Shown: piece by piece, positions 62,638 to 64,000 of the stretch | Layout: each line of letters opens with the position of its first letter | Numbering within the stretch: the stretch's first letter is position 1 | Assembly: GCA_900548005.1 (NCBI GenBank) | Contig: URIZ01000001.1 | Location: 214,309-278,308, forward strand | Direction of reading: 5' to 3' | Source: an uncultured Eubacteriales bacterium | GTDB taxonomy: Bacteria > Bacillota > Clostridia > Christensenellales > CAG-917 | DNA: 64,000 bases | The notes under the pieces: model-generated | What the model was told of the DNA's origin: nothing | Seen by the model: the letters and a program-made list of their open reading frames with translations, nothing else | The model's database searches: none | Program-made: the position numbers and the translations under genes

Positions 62638-64000
62638 ATGCAGATAAAAGGGAGACGTATTTTCAATTGTAGACCGATGGTGTTTTTCGCACTATCGCTC
62701 GTCTTGGGAATACTCGTTGCCGAGAGTATGTACGGCGCGGGCGTTCTATTTTATCTCATTCCGCTTTTCATATTTTTGATTGCCATATCCCTTGTTTTCG
62801 CTTTCAAAAAGTCGAGAAAATTTGCGTATATTCCTATCGCCGTGCTTGTCGGTTTTGTCTGCATGACGTCATCAAACGTTGCGTTTAATGCAAACACGAT
62901 TGCAAGCTATCAGGGCGAGTTCACTTGTACTGTTGCAAGCGACATCGTGGTCACCAATTACGTGTGCAAGTTCTACGTCAAGGATATCAACATTGATGGC
63001 AAAAGCTACAAATACAGTGGTTTTGTCACTTGCTCTATTGACGAGATAGACTTCAACGCAGGCGACACAATCAGCATATACGGCATTTTGAAATCGGTCG
63101 GACACGAGCGTTTCGACACCTTCTTTGCAAGCAGTCTTTCAAAGGGCGTGGGGTATAAAATCAGCGCAAACAGCGTGACTTTCGTGTGCGACGGCAAGCT
63201 CGGTTTTGTGGACGGTTTGCGCCACAAAATCAAGAAAATCCTTTATGAATACACTGACGATTACACCGCGTCCATAACTCAAGCTCTCGTTCTCGGCGAC
63301 AAATTCGGCATCGACACCGATTTGTATTCGGACATAAAAGCGGCAGGGCTTGCGCACGTGTTGGCGGTCAGCGGCTTGCACGTTTCCACGCTCGCCACGG
63401 CGATATATTTCTTGCTCAAAAAGCTCAAAGTCAATCCCAAAATCAGTTTCGGCATAGTGGTTGCGCTCACTTTTGTGTATTCCATGTTATGTTCGTTCAC
63501 GGCGTCTTCCTTGCGCGCGGTGGTGATGAGCGGCGTGTTTACGTTTGCATCGTCATTCGGTCAAAAGAAAGACGACTTGTCGGCAACCGCGTTCGCCGCA
63601 ACTCTCATATTGCTTTTCCGTCCGTACGCAATCATGGAAGTGGGCTTTTTGCTATCTTTCGGCGCGGTGATAGGCATATTCGCTTTTGCTCGCCCGATAG
63701 AAAAGGTCGGCATGAAAGCGGTGGACAAGATCTCGCCCAAGCGGCATATCGGCAAGCGTTTCGTATCCGTCTTTGCGGTGTCCGTGTCGGCAAACTTGCT
63801 CACGTATCCGCTTGTTGCCTATTTCTTCGGCAGAGTGCCGACTCTCTTTCTGCTCTCCAACTTTTTTGTTCTCCCGTACATCATGGCGGTGTACGTTGCA
63901 ATGCTCGTCTTGTGCTTGCTCGCGCTTGTGACAACGTGGGGCGGATTTGTGTGGATAATCAAATTTTTGCTTGTTCCGTTCAGATTGTACGTCGGGGCGG
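62638..64000 (+). CDS. comEC: ComEC/Rec2-family DNA internalisation channel protein, N-terminal part (runs off the window)
   Basis: This ORF is not in the track because it has no stop in the window. My translation gives ...RPMVFFALSLVLGILVAE... and the signature GLAHVLAVSGLHVS, with many TM helices. The start is either ATG 62638 or ATG 62677. Confidence 0.8.
   Translation, partial: MQIKGRRIFNCRPMVFFALSLVLGILVAESMYGAGVLFYLIPLFIFLIAISLVFAFKKSRKFAYIPIAVLVGFVCMTSSNVAFNANTIASYQGEFTCTVASDIVVTNYVCKFYVKDINIDGKSYKYSGFVTCSIDEIDFNAGDTISIYGILKSVGHERFDTFFASSLSKGVGYKISANSVTFVCDGKLGFVDGLRHKIKKILYEYTDDYTASITQALVLGDKFGIDTDLYSDIKAAGLAHVLAVSGLHVSTLATAIYFLLKKLKVNPKISFGIVVALTFVYSMLCSFTASSLRAVVMSGVFTFASSFGQKKDDLSATAFAATLILLFRPYAIMEVGFLLSFGAVIGIFAFARPIEKVGMKAVDKISPKRHIGKRFVSVFAVSVSANLLTYPLVAYFFGRVPTLFLLSNFFVLPYIMAVYVAMLVLCLLALVTTWGGFVWIIKFLLVPFRLYVGA

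Overview
This is a 64-kb chromosomal window from a Bacillota (Firmicutes) genome. It is most likely a spore-forming, Clostridia-type organism, inferred from a B. subtilis-like block (yqfC-yqfD-phoH-pgpH-ybeY-era-yqzL-recO) and from dnaX-ybaB-recR. It holds about 50 protein genes, mostly housekeeping. Replication and repair genes are dnaB, dnaX, ybaB, recR, recO and a partial comEC. Translation and RNA genes are ybeY, era, smpB, tsaC/sua5 and one tRNA-Leu(CAA). The remaining genes include secG, lgt, metY-metA, galT/galK, pncB, ppa, a clostridial glycerol-3-phosphate dehydrogenase cluster, pepF, an M20 peptidase and a heterodimeric ABC exporter. I recognised no rRNA, CRISPR array, transposase, integrase or phage gene. 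The points that stand out are these. (1) A co-oriented locus at 34.8-44.7 kb encodes a CUT1-type ABC importer whose ATPase has an unexplained C-terminal extension of about 230 aa. It also encodes a staphylococcal-nuclease-like lipoprotein and a 1073-aa lipoprotein built from repeated OB-like and Ig-like modules, and it faces two tandem NrnA-type DHH phosphoesterases. I read this as a candidate extracellular nucleic-acid capture, degradation and uptake system. (2) A visibly AT-richer cassette of four small genes (19.55-21.35 kb) has its own promoter, operator-like palindromes and terminator, and none of its products can be assigned a function. (3) DnaB carries an acidic C-terminal tail of about 100 aa with four SSB-tip-like (D/E)n-MPF motifs, one of them at the extreme C-terminus. 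(4) A near-perfect 281-bp tandem repeat (about 2.4 copies) sits next to tRNA-Leu, followed by an AT-richer ktrBA-kdpDE potassium module with no kdpFABC in the window. (5) At least three families of structured intergenic repeats recur across the window, often starting directly at stop codons. All functional calls come from motifs read by eye and from remembered family features. No database search, fold prediction or composition calculation was run.
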